Below, piece by piece: positions 62,648 to 64,000 of a DNA stretch of 64,000 bases (its first letter is position 1; each line of letters begins with the position of its first letter). Origin of the DNA: Octopus bimaculoides (taxonomy: Eukaryota). The position numbers and the translations under genes are program-made. The DNA is taken from the NCBI RefSeq assembly GCF_001194135.2, contig NC_068981.1:130255691-130319690 (forward strand), read 5' to 3'. The notes under the pieces were generated by a model. It had not been told where the DNA came from. It was given only the letters and a program-made list of their open reading frames with translations, and did no database searches.

Positions 62648-62893
62648 GTAAGTATTCTTTAATTAGCAGCAGTCAACCATTGCTAGTGTGAGATTACAAC
62701 AGTAGAATGTTGCAACGTAATAAAAACACCAATCCCCTAATGTGCATTTTCACTTGGTTGTCCTTTCTCTTGTTTTAATTTTATCATCCTTCTAATTACA
62801 AAAAAAGAATGGAAATTTAATCAGAATGTAAATACTATTGTAAGGTTTTTTTTTCTTTACTGTTCTACTTATTCTTATCCCTTTCTGATATAT

Positions 62894-62941
<48 letters not shown>

Positions 62942-64000
62942 AATCATAATAATAATAATATTAGGGATAAAATCCAAAATTACAGGTAAAAACTCAGTTA
63001 AAATCAATTTATTGAAAATTAAAATTAAATTAAGTTTCACAGTATAAAATATATATAAATATATAGTTTTAGGGAAAAGAACCAAGGTTCATGAACTCGT
63101 CGATGAAAATCCACTGTCACATATAGAAAAAAATTAGTAATTAAAAGACTACATGTAGTCATTTTATTATCTTGATCTTATGATATTTACTTTGTATTAT
63201 ATTATACTTATTTATTATGCTTTTAATTATTAATTTTTTCTATATGTGACAGTGGATTTTCATCAATGAGTTCATGAACTTTGGTTCTTTTCTCTAAAAC
63301 TATATATATATATAAAAGCAAAAAGTTAAATTCTGGTCATAGAGTTACCAAATGTTTCATATCACTGGAAGCCGCAGCCTTGTGGGCAGCTCGTCAGACT
63401 CTATACAAATGTCCACAAGGCTGTGGCTTTCATGGATACGAAACTTTTGGTAACTCTATGATCAGAATTTAAAATTTTGTTTTAATTACTGCTCTATTCT
63501 TTAGAGTGTGCTCCTTTTCTGATATATGTTTTATTGACTGTATATATATCATCATCATTTAGCATCCACTTTCCCTACTGTCAGAATTCAACAAGATCTG
63601 ACAAGTTGGAAAACTACATTGTGCTCTAGTTACTGTTTTGGCATGATTTGTATAGCTGGATGTCCTCCTTTATAGAGTGTACTGGGTGCTATTTTTCATG
63701 GCACCAGTAACTCATAAAACAATAGGGCCTAAAATGACTTATATATATATATATCATCATCATCGTCGTTTAACGTCCGCTTTCCATGCTAGCATGGGTT
63801 GGACGATTTGACTGAAGACTGGTGAAACCAGATGGCTACACCAGGCTCCAATCTGATTTGGCAGAGTTTCTATAGCTGGATGCCCTTCTTAACGCCAACC
63901 ACTCAGAGAGTATAGTGGGTGCTTTTACGTGCCACCGGCATGAAGGCCAGTCAGGCGGTACTGGCAATGGCCACGCTCAAAATGGTGTATTTTATGTGCC

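Overview
AT-rich, microsatellite- and repeat-dense animal genomic DNA from a gapped scaffold with 8 N-runs. The repeat families look like those of Octopus/coleoid cephalopods (inference, not verified). Two housekeeping genes are arranged head-to-head. SF3B3/SAP130 is on the minus strand: 6 coding exons were reconstructed (825 nt, aa 1-275) and the gene continues off the left edge. COG4 is on the plus strand: 16 coding exons were reconstructed (1674 nt, aa 1-558) and it continues off the right edge. All reconstructed junctions are GT-AG and keep frame. Introns and the intergenic spacer hold tRNA-derived SINEs, RTE-LINE 3' fragments, mariner and Helitron remnants and MITEs. The most interesting signal is a set of hammerhead-ribozyme (HHR) motifs. 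Two copies of a ~0.6 kb palindromic element (divergent tRNA-like heads, an outward-facing minimal HHR in each arm, 12-bp target-site duplications) lie in SF3B3 and COG4 introns. There are also two older HHR fold-backs, a type I HHR in a 339-nt retrozyme-like unit, and a Penelope-like HHR with a 22-bp stem II. All RNA folds were done by eye and no activity is demonstrated.
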